The translations under genes were made by a program, and so were the position numbers. Shown one piece after another: positions 1 to 8,934 of a DNA stretch of 64,000 bases; the first letter of the stretch is position 1; each line of letters begins with the position of its first letter. The notes beneath the pieces are model-generated. The model saw nothing but the letters and a program-made list of their open reading frames with translations, made no database searches and had not been told where the DNA came from. Origin of the DNA: an uncultured Thermoproteales archaeon (GTDB lineage Archaea > Thermoproteota > Thermoprotei > Thermofilales > B20-G17); contig CBDUMD010000007.1 of the NCBI GenBank assembly GCA_965368245.1, forward strand, positions 2,436 to 66,435, in the 5' to 3' direction.

Positions 1-411
1 ATAAGGGAAATTGCCCGCATTCTCGAGAAACGTTTTGGTCTCGAAAACCCGCAAATCGATGTTGTGCAGATCCCGAATCCTGAGCTCAACGCCAAGATAA
101 TGGCCTACTGGATTGCGAGAGCCATTGCGAGGGGGGTCAGGTTCCGACGTGCCGCATTCATAGCCCTTAGACGCATAATGTCGGCGGGGGCGCTGGGCGC
201 TGAAATAATCATCAGTGGTAAACTGACAAGTGAAAGGGCACGCACTGAGAAATTCCGTGACGGCATTGTATTTAAATCTGGGAGGCCACGGGAACTCCTT
301 GTAGATGAAGCTTCAGTACAGGTACTTTTGAAACTCGGGGTTTACGGCGTAAAAGTCAAGATAGCGAAACCCGTCGAAAGAATACCTGGTAGGGTTGAAA
401 TACTGAAATAA
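1..411 (+). CDS. rps3: 30S ribosomal protein uS3, C-terminal part (5' end outside window)
   Basis: The frame is open from nt 1 (IREIARILEKRFGLENPQIDVVQIPNPELNAKIMAYWIARAIARG...GAEIIISGKL), matching the uS3 KH and C-terminal domains. The order uS3-uL29 fits the conserved operon. Confidence 0.9.
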   Translation: MREIARILEKRFGLENPQIDVVQIPNPELNAKIMAYWIARAIARGVRFRRAAFIALRRIMSAGALGAEIIISGKLTSERARTEKFRDGIVFKSGRPRELLVDEASVQVLLKLGVYGVKVKIAKPVERIPGRVEILK

Positions 412-425
412 ATGGGGTGTAAAAT

Positions 426-635
426 ATGCCTAAGATGACTGCTAAAGAACTAAGAAAAATGAGTAGAGAAGAACGGGAAAAACTACTTTCAGAACTCAGA
501 TTCGAATTAATAAGACTCCGCGGTTTACTTGCATCAGGAAGCCCCATCGAGAATCCAGCACGACTACGGGAGGTAAAAAAGGCTATCGCACGAATTCTTA
601 CCATTAACCGTGAAGAATCCTTAAAATCCAGGTAA
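426..635 (+). CDS. rpl29: 50S ribosomal protein uL29
   Basis: 69 aa, MPKMTAKELRKMSREEREKLLSELRFELIRLRG. Typical uL29 sequence, and it lies directly after uS3. Confidence 0.9.
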   Translation: MPKMTAKELRKMSREEREKLLSELRFELIRLRGLLASGSPIENPARLREVKKAIARILTINREESLKSR

Positions 636-645
636 ATGTTTTCAC

Positions 646-942
646 TTGGCAGCCGATATGAAGATTACACCGCGTAACTTAATTAGACATGAAATTATAG
701 GCCTTGATGTAGAGGTTATCGAGTCGAAAAACCCATCTTTAAAGGGGCTTAAAGGACAGGTGATCTATGAAACAATGAAGTTACTAATAATTAGAGACTG
801 GAGCGGAAAGGTGAAAAAGATCCCTAAAGACGTCTGTATATTTAATTTTAAGCTTCCGGAAGGCTTTATTGTACGTGTTGACGGAAAAATATTAGTCGGT
901 AGACCAGAAGATCGGGTAAAGAAAAAGTTAAAATACTGGTAA
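646..942 (+). CDS. rnp1: RNase P protein component 1 (Rpp29/Pop4)
   Basis: IIGLDVEVIESKNPSLKGLKGQVIYETMKLLII...IPK...GRPEDRVKK matches the archaeal Rpp29 pattern, in its usual position between L29 and S17. The start is TTG 646 or ATG 658. Confidence 0.8.
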   Translation: MAADMKITPRNLIRHEIIGLDVEVIESKNPSLKGLKGQVIYETMKLLIIRDWSGKVKKIPKDVCIFNFKLPEGFIVRVDGKILVGRPEDRVKKKLKYW

Positions 943-987
943 TAGAGAGAAGTGTGCTGGATGTTAGAATGTAGAGCGGTGGAAACA

Positions 988-1320
988 ATGGCAAGAAATA
1001 TAGGCATACCCGGTGTAAAGGCTCCTGAAAGAGAATGTGATGACCCTTACTGTCCATTCCATGGTAAACTCCCTGTTAGGGGGCTTATACTTGAAGGGGT
1101 GGTGGTAAGTACACGTATGAGCAAAACTGTCGTTGTGAGACGTGATTACCTTCATTACGATAAAAAATATAAGCGATATGAAAGACGTAGAAGTAAGATT
1201 CATGCACACCTACCTCCATGCATAGATGTTAAAGAGGGGGATACAGTTATAATAGGGGAATGTCGTCCCATATCCAAAACAGTAGCCTTTGTGGTGATAG
1301 GTAAGAAGGAGGGTGGTTAA
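988..1320 (+). CDS. rps17: 30S ribosomal protein uS17
   Basis: [32 protein letters not shown]...[17 protein letters not shown] 988 chosen inside the longer ORF 952-1320. Confidence 0.9.
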   Translation: MARNIGIPGVKAPERECDDPYCPFHGKLPVRGLILEGVVVSTRMSKTVVVRRDYLHYDKKYKRYERRRSKIHAHLPPCIDVKEGDTVIIGECRPISKTVAFVVIGKKEGG

Positions 1321-1321
1321 C

Positions 1322-1750
1322 GTGGCTAAAAAGAGGATGCGAAAGGGTACAAGTATAGATAGGATACCTCATAGATCCCCCTCAGTTTTTACCAACACGT
1401 TAGTGAAAATAACTGATAATTCTGGAGGACGGATCGGAAGGGTTATCGGTGTAGTGAAAAAGAAAACTGTTAAAAGGAGGTTGCCTGGAGCAGCGGTGGG
1501 CGATGTTGTGGTGATCTCGATCAGGGAAGGGAAACCCGAGCTTAGACGCCAAATAATGCATGCAATAGTTGTTAGACAACGAAAACCATATAGAAGACCC
1601 GACGGAACCTGGATTCAATTCGAGGATAACGCTGTTGTATTAATAACTCCTGAAGGCGAGCCCAAAGCCACTGAAATACGTGGGCCGATAGCCAAGGAAG
1701 CCGCCGAGAAGTGGCCTAAGTTAGCTAACCTTGCTTCAATGATAATATAG
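1322..1750 (+). CDS. rpl14: 50S ribosomal protein uL14
   Basis: [18 protein letters not shown]...[28 protein letters not shown] is a uL14 signature. GTG 1322 lies just after a GGAGGGTGG Shine-Dalgarno-like run; GTG 1313 is also possible. Confidence 0.9.
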   Translation: MAKKRMRKGTSIDRIPHRSPSVFTNTLVKITDNSGGRIGRVIGVVKKKTVKRRLPGAAVGDVVVISIREGKPELRRQIMHAIVVRQRKPYRRPDGTWIQFEDNAVVLITPEGEPKATEIRGPIAKEAAEKWPKLANLASMII

Positions 1751-1824
1751 TTTTCTAAGGGAAGGAAACTAAGTTTTCTAGAGGGTAAAGGCAAAGAATA
1801 AGTACTTCTTTATATTTAAGGCTA

Positions 1825-2457
1825 ATGGAGATTTATATGGCTGAGTCCTTCACACCTGGAGCCACTGTTGTAGGCCTAGTATTTAAAAACGGTGTAGTGC
1901 TTGCAGCGGAGAAGAGGGTAACCTATGGGTTTATGCTTCTAAGTCGTGCAGGGAAAAAGATCTTTAAAATAACTGAAAGGATAGGCATAGCAGCTGCTGG
2001 TTTAATTTCAGATATGCAAACGGTCGCTAAGGTTACGGCGGCTGAGGTCAGGTTATATGAGCTTGAAAAAGGTAGAAGAATGTCGATTCGAAGCGTAGCA
2101 AAGCTAGTATCCTACATTCTTTCCAGCAACCGTTTGATGCCATACTATACTGAACTCCTGGTAGGTGGGGTTGACAATACAGGCCCCCATCTTTATGTAC
2201 TAGATCCTCTAGGTGCATTAATTGAAGACAAGTATGTTACGCTCGGCACTGGTGCAAAAATGGCCATAGGAATACTTGAATCAGAGTACCGTGAAGACCT
2301 AAGCAAGGAGGAGGCAGTAAACCTGGCTATTAAAGCCATAAAAATGGCGGTGAGCCGTGATGCTATAAGCGGGGATGGAATAGACCTGCTGGTGATTTCT
2401 ACCGACGAGGGTTTAGAGGAAAGGTTTATACCACTGAAGACAGCAGGTTCCGGATAA
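1825..2457 (+). CDS. psmB: proteasome subunit beta (propeptide, then catalytic Thr in GA|TVVGL)
   Basis: TVVGLVFKNGVVLAAEKRVTYG...GSGA-like core of the 20S beta family. ATG 1837 is an alternative start. Confidence 0.9.
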   Translation: MEIYMAESFTPGATVVGLVFKNGVVLAAEKRVTYGFMLLSRAGKKIFKITERIGIAAAGLISDMQTVAKVTAAEVRLYELEKGRRMSIRSVAKLVSYILSSNRLMPYYTELLVGGVDNTGPHLYVLDPLGALIEDKYVTLGTGAKMAIGILESEYREDLSKEEAVNLAIKAIKMAVSRDAISGDGIDLLVISTDEGLEERFIPLKTAGSG

Positions 2458-2468
2458 GGGGGTGCTGG

Positions 2469-3473
2469 TTGGAGCATACTGAAAAACTAAAAACCATGTG
2501 GAGTCTGGATAACCTAAGGTTAATTTACAGTAGGATGGGGTATCATTTTACAGGTATACAGGCTGTAGTAAAACCCTGTCACTGGCTTAAGGAATCCCTT
2601 CTCTCAGGGGGACTTAAATTCTGTTACAAACAGCTATGGTACGGCATCCCTTCCCATCGATGTTTACAGATGTCTCCTGTAATTGTATGCAATTATCAAT
2701 GCCTATACTGTTGGCGTGTCCATGAAGCCGACCTAAAAATCCCACCATTGACGCCAGACAAATACAGTTATCTGCCTTACGATCCTCCGGAAAGGATCGT
2801 GGAAGGGAGCCTGGAAGCCTGGAGGAACATTTTATCGGGATTTAAAGGCAACCCTCTTGTCGACGAAGAACTTCTTAGAGAAGCTTTTAAACCGATACAT
2901 GTTACGTTAAGCCTTACAGGTGAACCAACACTTTATCCTTTCATTAACGAGATTATAAAAGAATACTTTCAAAGGGGATTCAAAAGCGTATTTTTAGTGA
3001 CAAATGGGTCCAGGCCCGAGGTTTTACGTAATTTAAAGCCCCTGCCTTCACAACTTTATGTAACGTTACCAGCACCTGATAAAAGGACCTTTACGATGGT
3101 TACACGTCCACTTCAGGGCGGGTCTTGGAACAGAATACTGGAAACCCTTCGGCTACTAAAGGAGATTAAGTGTCCCACTGTTGTTAGGCTCACTATGGTC
3201 AAGGGTTTAAACATGATATCACCTGAAGGTTATGCTAGGCTTATAAGGAAGGCTGAGCCGACATATGTGGAGGTGAAAGCGGCGATGAGCGTAGGCTACT
3301 TTAGGAGAAGACTTTCACGGGAGTGCATGCCAAGGCACTCTGATATAGTAAAATTCGCCCAGAAACTTGCTTCCTATCTTAGGGAAGATGGGTATAAGAT
3401 TATTGGAGAGTATCTGCCATCGAGGGTTGTTCTTATATCTAAAATACCGGAGCCATTAAAAATTATAGAATAA
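2469..3473 (+). CDS. taw1: tRNA 4-demethylwyosine synthase Taw1 (radical SAM, TYW1 homologue)
   Basis: KPCHWLKESL...CNYQCLYCWR (CxxxCxxC) with an upstream Cys cluster and the SLTGEPTLYP motif. Confidence 0.8.
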   Translation: MEHTEKLKTMWSLDNLRLIYSRMGYHFTGIQAVVKPCHWLKESLLSGGLKFCYKQLWYGIPSHRCLQMSPVIVCNYQCLYCWRVHEADLKIPPLTPDKYSYLPYDPPERIVEGSLEAWRNILSGFKGNPLVDEELLREAFKPIHVTLSLTGEPTLYPFINEIIKEYFQRGFKSVFLVTNGSRPEVLRNLKPLPSQLYVTLPAPDKRTFTMVTRPLQGGSWNRILETLRLLKEIKCPTVVRLTMVKGLNMISPEGYARLIRKAEPTYVEVKAAMSVGYFRRRLSRECMPRHSDIVKFAQKLASYLREDGYKIIGEYLPSRVVLISKIPEPLKIIE

Positions 3474-3482
3474 AATACTCTT

Positions 3483-5750
3483 CTATCCGTTTGCGGCGGA
3501 GTAGTCTATTTCGTAGACCAGTACCCATCCATTAGGTTTAGACACGTAGATTAACTTGAAGTACTTTGGCGATGGTATGTTAACCACCGGACCTTCGTAT
3601 CCAGGCCATTTATCGCCAAACCAGCTGAAAACAGGTTTTTCGAAAACATAGTAGAACCTCTGGGATGTTCTAACGAATAACAGGTGGTAAAGGGTGGCGT
3701 TACGTGCTTCAGGAGTATCTGCTGGAACTATTATGTTTAGATACTGGTTGCCTGAAGATATGCGGGCAGTTGCAATATATTTTTCAGGGTCAAGGCCAGC
3801 TATCTTTGCCATCCAGTAGCTTTTTCCAAAATCACCTAACCCCTGTGGCTGAGGGAAGTAAAGCGATATTCCAAGCTGGGTTAACGGTAGGCCATTGGTG
3901 AAGGGGAAGGCGAATGGATCGAATACAACTACGTGGGTTACACCTAGTTGACGGAATATTTTAAGTGCTTCCTCTTCACTGGATAAAAAGGCTTTGGCAA
4001 CTAAGGCGATCTGAGTTGAGTTTAGTGTACCGTTGTCGCATACTGTTGAACGATTCGTGTTTACTGCAATCCAGTAGCCGTAATCCCACCATGAAGCCAC
4101 TACAGCGTCTTCAGGGAGGTTTTCGCTCATCCATTCCAGAGCCGATAGCCAGTCGGAAAATCTCATTATCTCGGTGTCTGGATAATAGGTGAAGAAGGCT
4201 TCGCTTACCGGTATGCTTGAAGTCACTATCAAGGAGGGTGTATGTGCGTACGCTATAGAATAAGTTAAATCATAGGCGCCGATAAATGCTATTAAGAGAA
4301 TAGTCAGTATGGTTATGGCATAATATTCTTTTTGAACGCTAGGCCTTGGCCTTTTGAAGGTCTTCTCACCGGTCTCCAATCCTTCAGCTAGCTTCTCTAG
4401 CAGGAATGCAAGGGAATATCCTGCAACTAAAAATAAGGGTGGGGCAAGCAACAGCGATAACCTAGCTAGGGACATTGCAGAGTAGAGTGCCGAAATAAAG
4501 AAGAGTCCTCCAAAAATACCTTTCGAATCCATTCTCTTAACTAGAAGGTAGACCCCTAAAAATGAGAAGAGAAGCCATACTTTATAGTCGCTATATATCA
4601 TAGCCCAGGTAGGGTAACGGTGTTCAGCCACCGACTCTATTAATGGGGAACGTTTATAGGGGATTACGACGCTGAGTATTCGGCCAGATATAGAAGATAT
4701 TATCCCTATCCGCCACAGTACTATACCGATTACGATAACCACTAATACAGCTATAACCCTCGTTCTTGTGCTTTGTAACGCATTTCTAATAGATGAGATG
4801 TTTATGCCTATGCTAAGTAGAAAGCAGACTGCAGCTGCAGAGGATGGAAGGAGGGCGGCGATCGATGTAAACGCGCCTCTAAGGCCATACCTAGGTATAA
4901 TGGATATTAGAATAGAGGAAACAATGCTTGTCAATCCTAGGGAAATATAATCTCCTTGGGATTTAACCTTATCAAGTAGTATTAAAATGAGGGTTGTAAG
5001 GGCTAGCAAGTTCCAAGGGTATAGGTAGCCTCCCCATGAGAGAGCAACAGACCATACCATTAAGGCTGAGGCTATCGAGTAGGAGATTTTAACAGTGAAT
5101 TTCTTGGATTCCATTATCTTCAGGTAAAAGTAGAATGCCAGCAACATTAACGGTATGGCAACGCTCTCATGTTTTCCTCCCATCATGGTACGTGAAAGGT
5201 AAGCTGAGTTAAACGATAAGAGAAAGGCTGCCACTATTCCTGTAAAATCGTCCTTAAGGCTTCTCCCGATCAAGTAGACTATTATTATGGCTAGGGGGGC
5301 CCAAATAACGGGGATAAAGGAGTGGACAGTGTATAAATCGATGTTCCATCCTAATGCTTTAAGAAACAAGTAAGTGTACGCTGAAATAAAGGATATTCCG
5401 GGGGGACTTGTAGCCCTAAGGTCCCTTCCCCAAGGATACCAGAAAAGTTTGTCAAATTCCCTTTCGCCAGTAAACCAGTTGAACCACCAGAGCGGCCCCT
5501 TTTCAACTATTTTAACGGCTAAATAGTATTCATAGTATGGGTCGAATTCCGTGAGGTATACTCCCCATCGTGCAGGCAGGGCTCTCAGGGTTAAGGAAGC
5601 CGTGTAGAAGAGTAATAGTAACGTTATAGTCAAGAAACCTTTGTGTTCGAATACACCGAACAACAGGTTTATGTATGTTAAACCTTTACTAAGCCTCCGT
5701 CTCAAACCCTTAATTTTCATGTACGCCCAGCTCCCAGAAATAAGGAGCAA
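3483..5750 (-). CDS. aglB: oligosaccharyltransferase AglB (STT3 family)
   Basis: 755 aa, polytopic N-terminal half, and the WWDYGYW catalytic motif (VASWWDYGYWIAV). An alternative start lies at 5720. Confidence 0.9.
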   Translation of the reverse strand: MLLISGSWAYMKIKGLRRRLSKGLTYINLLFGVFEHKGFLTITLLLLFYTASLTLRALPARWGVYLTEFDPYYEYYLAVKIVEKGPLWWFNWFTGEREFDKLFWYPWGRDLRATSPPGISFISAYTYLFLKALGWNIDLYTVHSFIPVIWAPLAIIIVYLIGRSLKDDFTGIVAAFLLSFNSAYLSRTMMGGKHESVAIPLMLLAFYFYLKIMESKKFTVKISYSIASALMVWSVALSWGGYLYPWNLLALTTLILILLDKVKSQGDYISLGLTSIVSSILISIIPRYGLRGAFTSIAALLPSSAAAVCFLLSIGINISSIRNALQSTRTRVIAVLVVIVIGIVLWRIGIISSISGRILSVVIPYKRSPLIESVAEHRYPTWAMIYSDYKVWLLFSFLGVYLLVKRMDSKGIFGGLFFISALYSAMSLARLSLLLAPPLFLVAGYSLAFLLEKLAEGLETGEKTFKRPRPSVQKEYYAITILTILLIAFIGAYDLTYSIAYAHTPSLIVTSSIPVSEAFFTYYPDTEIMRFSDWLSALEWMSENLPEDAVVASWWDYGYWIAVNTNRSTVCDNGTLNSTQIALVAKAFLSSEEEALKIFRQLGVTHVVVFDPFAFPFTNGLPLTQLGISLYFPQPQGLGDFGKSYWMAKIAGLDPEKYIATARISSGNQYLNIIVPADTPEARNATLYHLLFVRTSQRFYYVFEKPVFSWFGDKWPGYEGPVVNIPSPKYFKLIYVSKPNGWVLVYEIDYSAANG

Positions 5751-5785
5751 GCTATTTAATTTACTTTATCCTGAAACATTGTTCT

Positions 5786-6055
5786 CTAGAATAAAGGTAT
5801 TCTACGACGCACACGTCTGGCCAACGAACGTTTCTCTATAAGTATCTCGCGAGGGGTCTCTGAGAGGTGAGTTATACATTTCGGGCATCGGAACCCATAG
5901 CGTTTAAGAACCTCGTAGGGCGTTACTATCTCACTCCCTTTATAAAGGGTGAAACCACATCTATGGCATTTAATAATGAGCGTCATAGTATTCCATATAA
6001 TAGAATAATGGGTAATATAAATTATTTCCGTGCCCTCTCCCTTCCCTACGGACAC
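5786..6055 (-). CDS. small C4 zinc-ribbon protein, function unknown
   Basis: CHRCG...22 aa...CPKC. The real start is possibly MTLIIKCHRCG at 5986. Confidence 0.4.
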   Translation of the reverse strand: MSVGKGEGTEIIYITHYSIIWNTMTLIIKCHRCGFTLYKGSEIVTPYEVLKRYGFRCPKCITHLSETPREILIEKRSLARRVRRRIPLF

Positions 6056-6108
6056 ACTATAACCAATATAAAAAATATATTAACTCCCGGCATGCTAGTA
6101 AGAAGGGA

Positions 6109-6465
6109 GTGGACATGAACGTCAGAGAACTGTATAAAGAAATTATAAATATACTGCCATTGGCTGGATTAATTGCTTCGATAGCCTTGGCATCAGGAAT
6201 AATATACGTTTTTCTAAACATAAACAACCGAAGTGTAGTTGAATATCCCTTATCCTTGGATGTATCTTCGCAGTCGATAATAGAAACAATATTGATTGGC
6301 ATAGGATACCTCGGAGCCGCCGGTGGATTAATATTGATCTATAGGTCTCTTTCTAGGCCCATAAGGAGATTTTCTTCTACAACACAATTATCTCTAATAT
6401 TGGGCGTGGCGACTTTATTTCTAGCGTTTATTCTGCTAGAAATCATATTAGCAGTAAAAAGATAA
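6109..6465 (+). CDS. hypothetical membrane protein (about 3 TM segments)
   Basis: 118 aa with hydrophobic segments ILPLAGLIASIALASGIIYVFL, IETILIGIGYLGAAGGLILIY and LSLILGVATLFLAFILLEIILAV. Confidence 0.5.
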   Translation: MDMNVRELYKEIINILPLAGLIASIALASGIIYVFLNINNRSVVEYPLSLDVSSQSIIETILIGIGYLGAAGGLILIYRSLSRPIRRFSSTTQLSLILGVATLFLAFILLEIILAVKR

Positions 6466-6471
6466 ACAGAC

Positions 6472-7026
6472 ATGACAAAGGCGACTAGTAGACTTTCCAA
6501 GGAAATTCTTAGAAAGGGAGGCGTCATAATAGTTAATTCCAAGGGAGAATTAATAAAAAGTGAATTACTCTCGATAAAAATTCTATTTGAAGTACTCTCC
6601 ACCCTACGCGAAGAAAGGATGGTATGGTTCGTGGAGACGGTTTCTGAAAACGACTGTTATGCCAAATTTTTGTCGGAGAAGGCGGATTCCGTCACTTTTG
6701 TATATGTAAAAGATTTCCCAGGGTTGCTTGAATGGCTATTAAAATATGCTGGATCTATCGAAAAGTCAGTTATCTTGATTTCCGCGCTATATAGACTCTA
6801 TTTGATCGAAATGAGTTCATTAAGCAGACTTCATGGGGTAAGGAGACTATTTTTACTGACTTTATCAATCCTAAAGAAAATAGCGTGTGAGAAGGGGCAT
6901 CTTGTGTTGATTCCAGTAGCCTTTAAGAAGACAGAACACCTTAAACCACTGGTCCATAAGGTACTCGAGGTAGATAAAATAGAAGATGGTGAAAAATCGG
7001 ATGATTTCACTAGACAAGTTCCTTGA
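6472..7026 (+). CDS. hypothetical protein
   Basis: 184-aa ORF, tightly packed and overlapping the next gene by 41 nt. No motif recognised: there is a GGVIIVNSKGE segment but no P-loop. Confidence 0.45.
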   Translation: MTKATSRLSKEILRKGGVIIVNSKGELIKSELLSIKILFEVLSTLREERMVWFVETVSENDCYAKFLSEKADSVTFVYVKDFPGLLEWLLKYAGSIEKSVILISALYRLYLIEMSSLSRLHGVRRLFLLTLSILKKIACEKGHLVLIPVAFKKTEHLKPLVHKVLEVDKIEDGEKSDDFTRQVP

Positions 7027-7666
7027 GAAACACTCTATTTGTATATATAGATTCGAGGGAAGGGTTTACCACAAATTAGCTACACTTTTCAAGGCTAAGG
7101 GAAGAATCCCTCCACCATTATGTACTCCTAAAGGAGTATACGATCTAAAACTACTTTTTCCATCCAATTTTTCTGGAGTGAAGGTAATTGAAAACGAGCT
7201 TATCATCGGGGAAAAAGATTTCATGGAGATGAAGGAAGAAGTCTTTTTTTCGATTCTTGTAAGTGCATTAATAGAGTTTAAGCGTAAGCCCGTGATAACT
7301 ATAGGAATAGATCCGGGGAAAAATATAGGGTACGTTGTACTTGTTGCAGATGTAATAGTGGGTGGTGGACGCGCGCAAGGCGCCAATATACTTATAGAAC
7401 TTTTAGAGAGCATGCTGAAATACCTCTCTCCTCAAAGTTTCATAATTAAAATCGGGTCTAAAACTACCCTAGGATTCTTATTTCAGCTATTCTCGCTTAG
7501 AAAAAATCATCCATCTAAAAAGGTTGTTATAAAAATAGTGGATGAGGGTGAAAGTGTGTTTAAGCTAGGTTTTCTCAAGGATTTTCTGAAAACAAGAGAG
7601 AAGGATTTTTTGGCTGCATGCGCGATTGCACTTAGCGACGGCGAAGAAATAGAAGCAGCAGGATAA
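6986..7666 (+). CDS. hypothetical protein with RuvC/YqgF-like RNase H-fold motifs
   Basis: ITIGIDPGKNIGYVVLV (beta1 Asp), KIVDEGES, and the C-terminal KDFLAACAIALSDG, which resembles the RuvC D-x-x-A-A-x-x-I-A motif. Confidence 0.45.
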   Translation: MVKNRMISLDKFLEKHSICIYRFEGRVYHKLATLFKAKGRIPPPLCTPKGVYDLKLLFPSNFSGVKVIENELIIGEKDFMEMKEEVFFSILVSALIEFKRKPVITIGIDPGKNIGYVVLVADVIVGGGRAQGANILIELLESMLKYLSPQSFIIKIGSKTTLGFLFQLFSLRKNHPSKKVVIKIVDEGESVFKLGFLKDFLKTREKDFLAACAIALSDGEEIEAAG

Positions 7667-7756
7667 ATGGGCTGATAATTACAATATATTTTATCGGTAG
7701 CCACAATGTTTTTAAAACTAGATTTATAGTGTTAGCGGATTAGAGGAGGGAGAGAC

Positions 7757-8283
7757 ATGGGTAAGACGAAGACTTTGCAGTTCTTAGTGGAGGGTGGAAG
7801 GGCTAGCGCTGGCCCCCCCATAAAAGCTGGGGGAAAGGGCCGGCGCTCGGCCCTCTTGGAATAAATGTGATGGCAGTTGTAAATAAGATAAACGAGGTTA
7901 CCGCAGATTTCCGAGGTATGCGTGTACCGGTAAAGGTTACCGTAGATCTCGATACAAAAACATTTGAAGTTGAAGTAGGGGTTCCTACAACTGTCGCGCT
8001 TATTATAAAGGAACTTAAAGCAGAGAAGGGTGCCCACCAACCCGGCCGGGAGTCAATAGGCGATATTTCTCTCGAGAGCGTAGTTAAAATAGCGATAACA
8101 AAGAAAAGTGATTTGAGATCGCATTCTCTTAAAGGTGCTGTAAAACAGGTTCTTGGAACATGTGTAAGTATGGGTGTTCTGGTTAACGGGAAGAATCCTA
8201 AGGACGTTCAGCGTGAAATAGATGAAGGAGTATATGATGACCTTCTTCGAAAGTACGAAAAAGAGTGGGTGAGTGGACGATGA
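7757..8283 (+). CDS. rpl11: 50S ribosomal protein uL11, interrupted: two frames joined if 14 nt (7822-7835) are removed
   Basis: Exon 1 is MGKTKTLQFLVEGGRASAGPP(I) from ATG 7757 and meets TAA at 7862 if read through. Exon 2 is GPALGPLGINVMAVVNKINEVTADFRGMRVPV...EKEWVSGR, ending at TGA 8283. The ORF track shows only 7867-8283. Confidence 0.85.
7822..7835 (+). other. candidate 14-nt BHB/BHL-type intron inside the rpl11 mRNA
   Basis: Outer helix 7805-7815/7837-7847 (11 bp), central helix CCCC 7816-7819/GGGG 7830-7833, 3-nt bulge AAA 7834-7836, loop 7820-7829. Cutting 2 nt 3' of the central helix on each strand gives GPP-I-GPALGPLGINV. Confidence 0.6.
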
Positions 8284-8933
8284 GTGCTGTTATACAAAGG
8301 GAGGAGCTTATAAAGGCGATTCGCGAGATTAAGGCCAATAGTAAACGAAGAAACTTCGTTCAAAGCGTAGAACTCATAGTTAAACTTAGAGATATAGACC
8401 TCAAGAAGCCTGAAAACAGATTAATGACACCTGTACACTTACCCTATGTGCCGCCTGAAAAGCAGGCGAAAATCTGTGTTTTCGCTACAGGAGATCTGGC
8501 ATTAAGGGCAAAAAATGCGGGCGCTGACGCAGTTTTCTCTCGAGAGGATTTAGAAAACCTATCCGGTAGCAAAAAAGAAGCCAAGAAACTGGCCTCTGAA
8601 TACGATTTCTTCCTAGCGCAACCCGACTTGATGGCACATGTGGGTAGAGTTTTAGGTAGGTTTCTAGGCCCTCGGGGGAAGATACCGACGGTGCTACCGC
8701 CTAATGCAAACGTTGAAGCACTTGTAGCAAGGCTTAAGAATTCGAGAATGATACGTGTAAGAGACCAGCCTCAAGTCATGTGTTGGGTCGGCCTCGAAAC
8801 CCAGCCAGAGGAGGAAATAGCCGAAAATATTTTAAGAGTTTTAGAGGTCATTGCTACCAAATATACATTACCCCAGCAACTGGAAAAAATGTACCTTAAA
8901 TTAACTATGGGGCCCTCCGTACGGGTGAGGTAA
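8280..8933 (+). CDS. rpl1: 50S ribosomal protein uL1
   Basis: MSAVIQREELIKAIREIKANSKRRNFVQSVELIVKLRDIDLKKPENR. The ATG overlaps the rpl11 stop (ATGA). Confidence 0.9.
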   Translation: MSAVIQREELIKAIREIKANSKRRNFVQSVELIVKLRDIDLKKPENRLMTPVHLPYVPPEKQAKICVFATGDLALRAKNAGADAVFSREDLENLSGSKKEAKKLASEYDFFLAQPDLMAHVGRVLGRFLGPRGKIPTVLPPNANVEALVARLKNSRMIRVRDQPQVMCWVGLETQPEEEIAENILRVLEVIATKYTLPQQLEKMYLKLTMGPSVRVR

Positions 8934-8934
8934 T

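Noticed and set aside
7820-7842. Programmed -1 ribosomal frameshift or simple homopolymer sequencing error (C7 or G5 run) as the explanation for the rpl11 frame break
   Set aside because: Not fully excluded. Either option would leave IKAGGKG or HKSWGKG inserted in the invariant GPP-x-GPALG loop. Excising 14 nt at BHB-predicted positions gives the exact consensus instead. This is kept as the alternative hypothesis in the finding.
7732-8040. 102-aa minus-strand ORF overlapping the rpl11 5' region
   Set aside because: It is antisense to an unmistakable uL11 coding sequence. Its low-complexity Pro/Leu/Phe-rich translation is an artefact of the GC-rich antisense strand.
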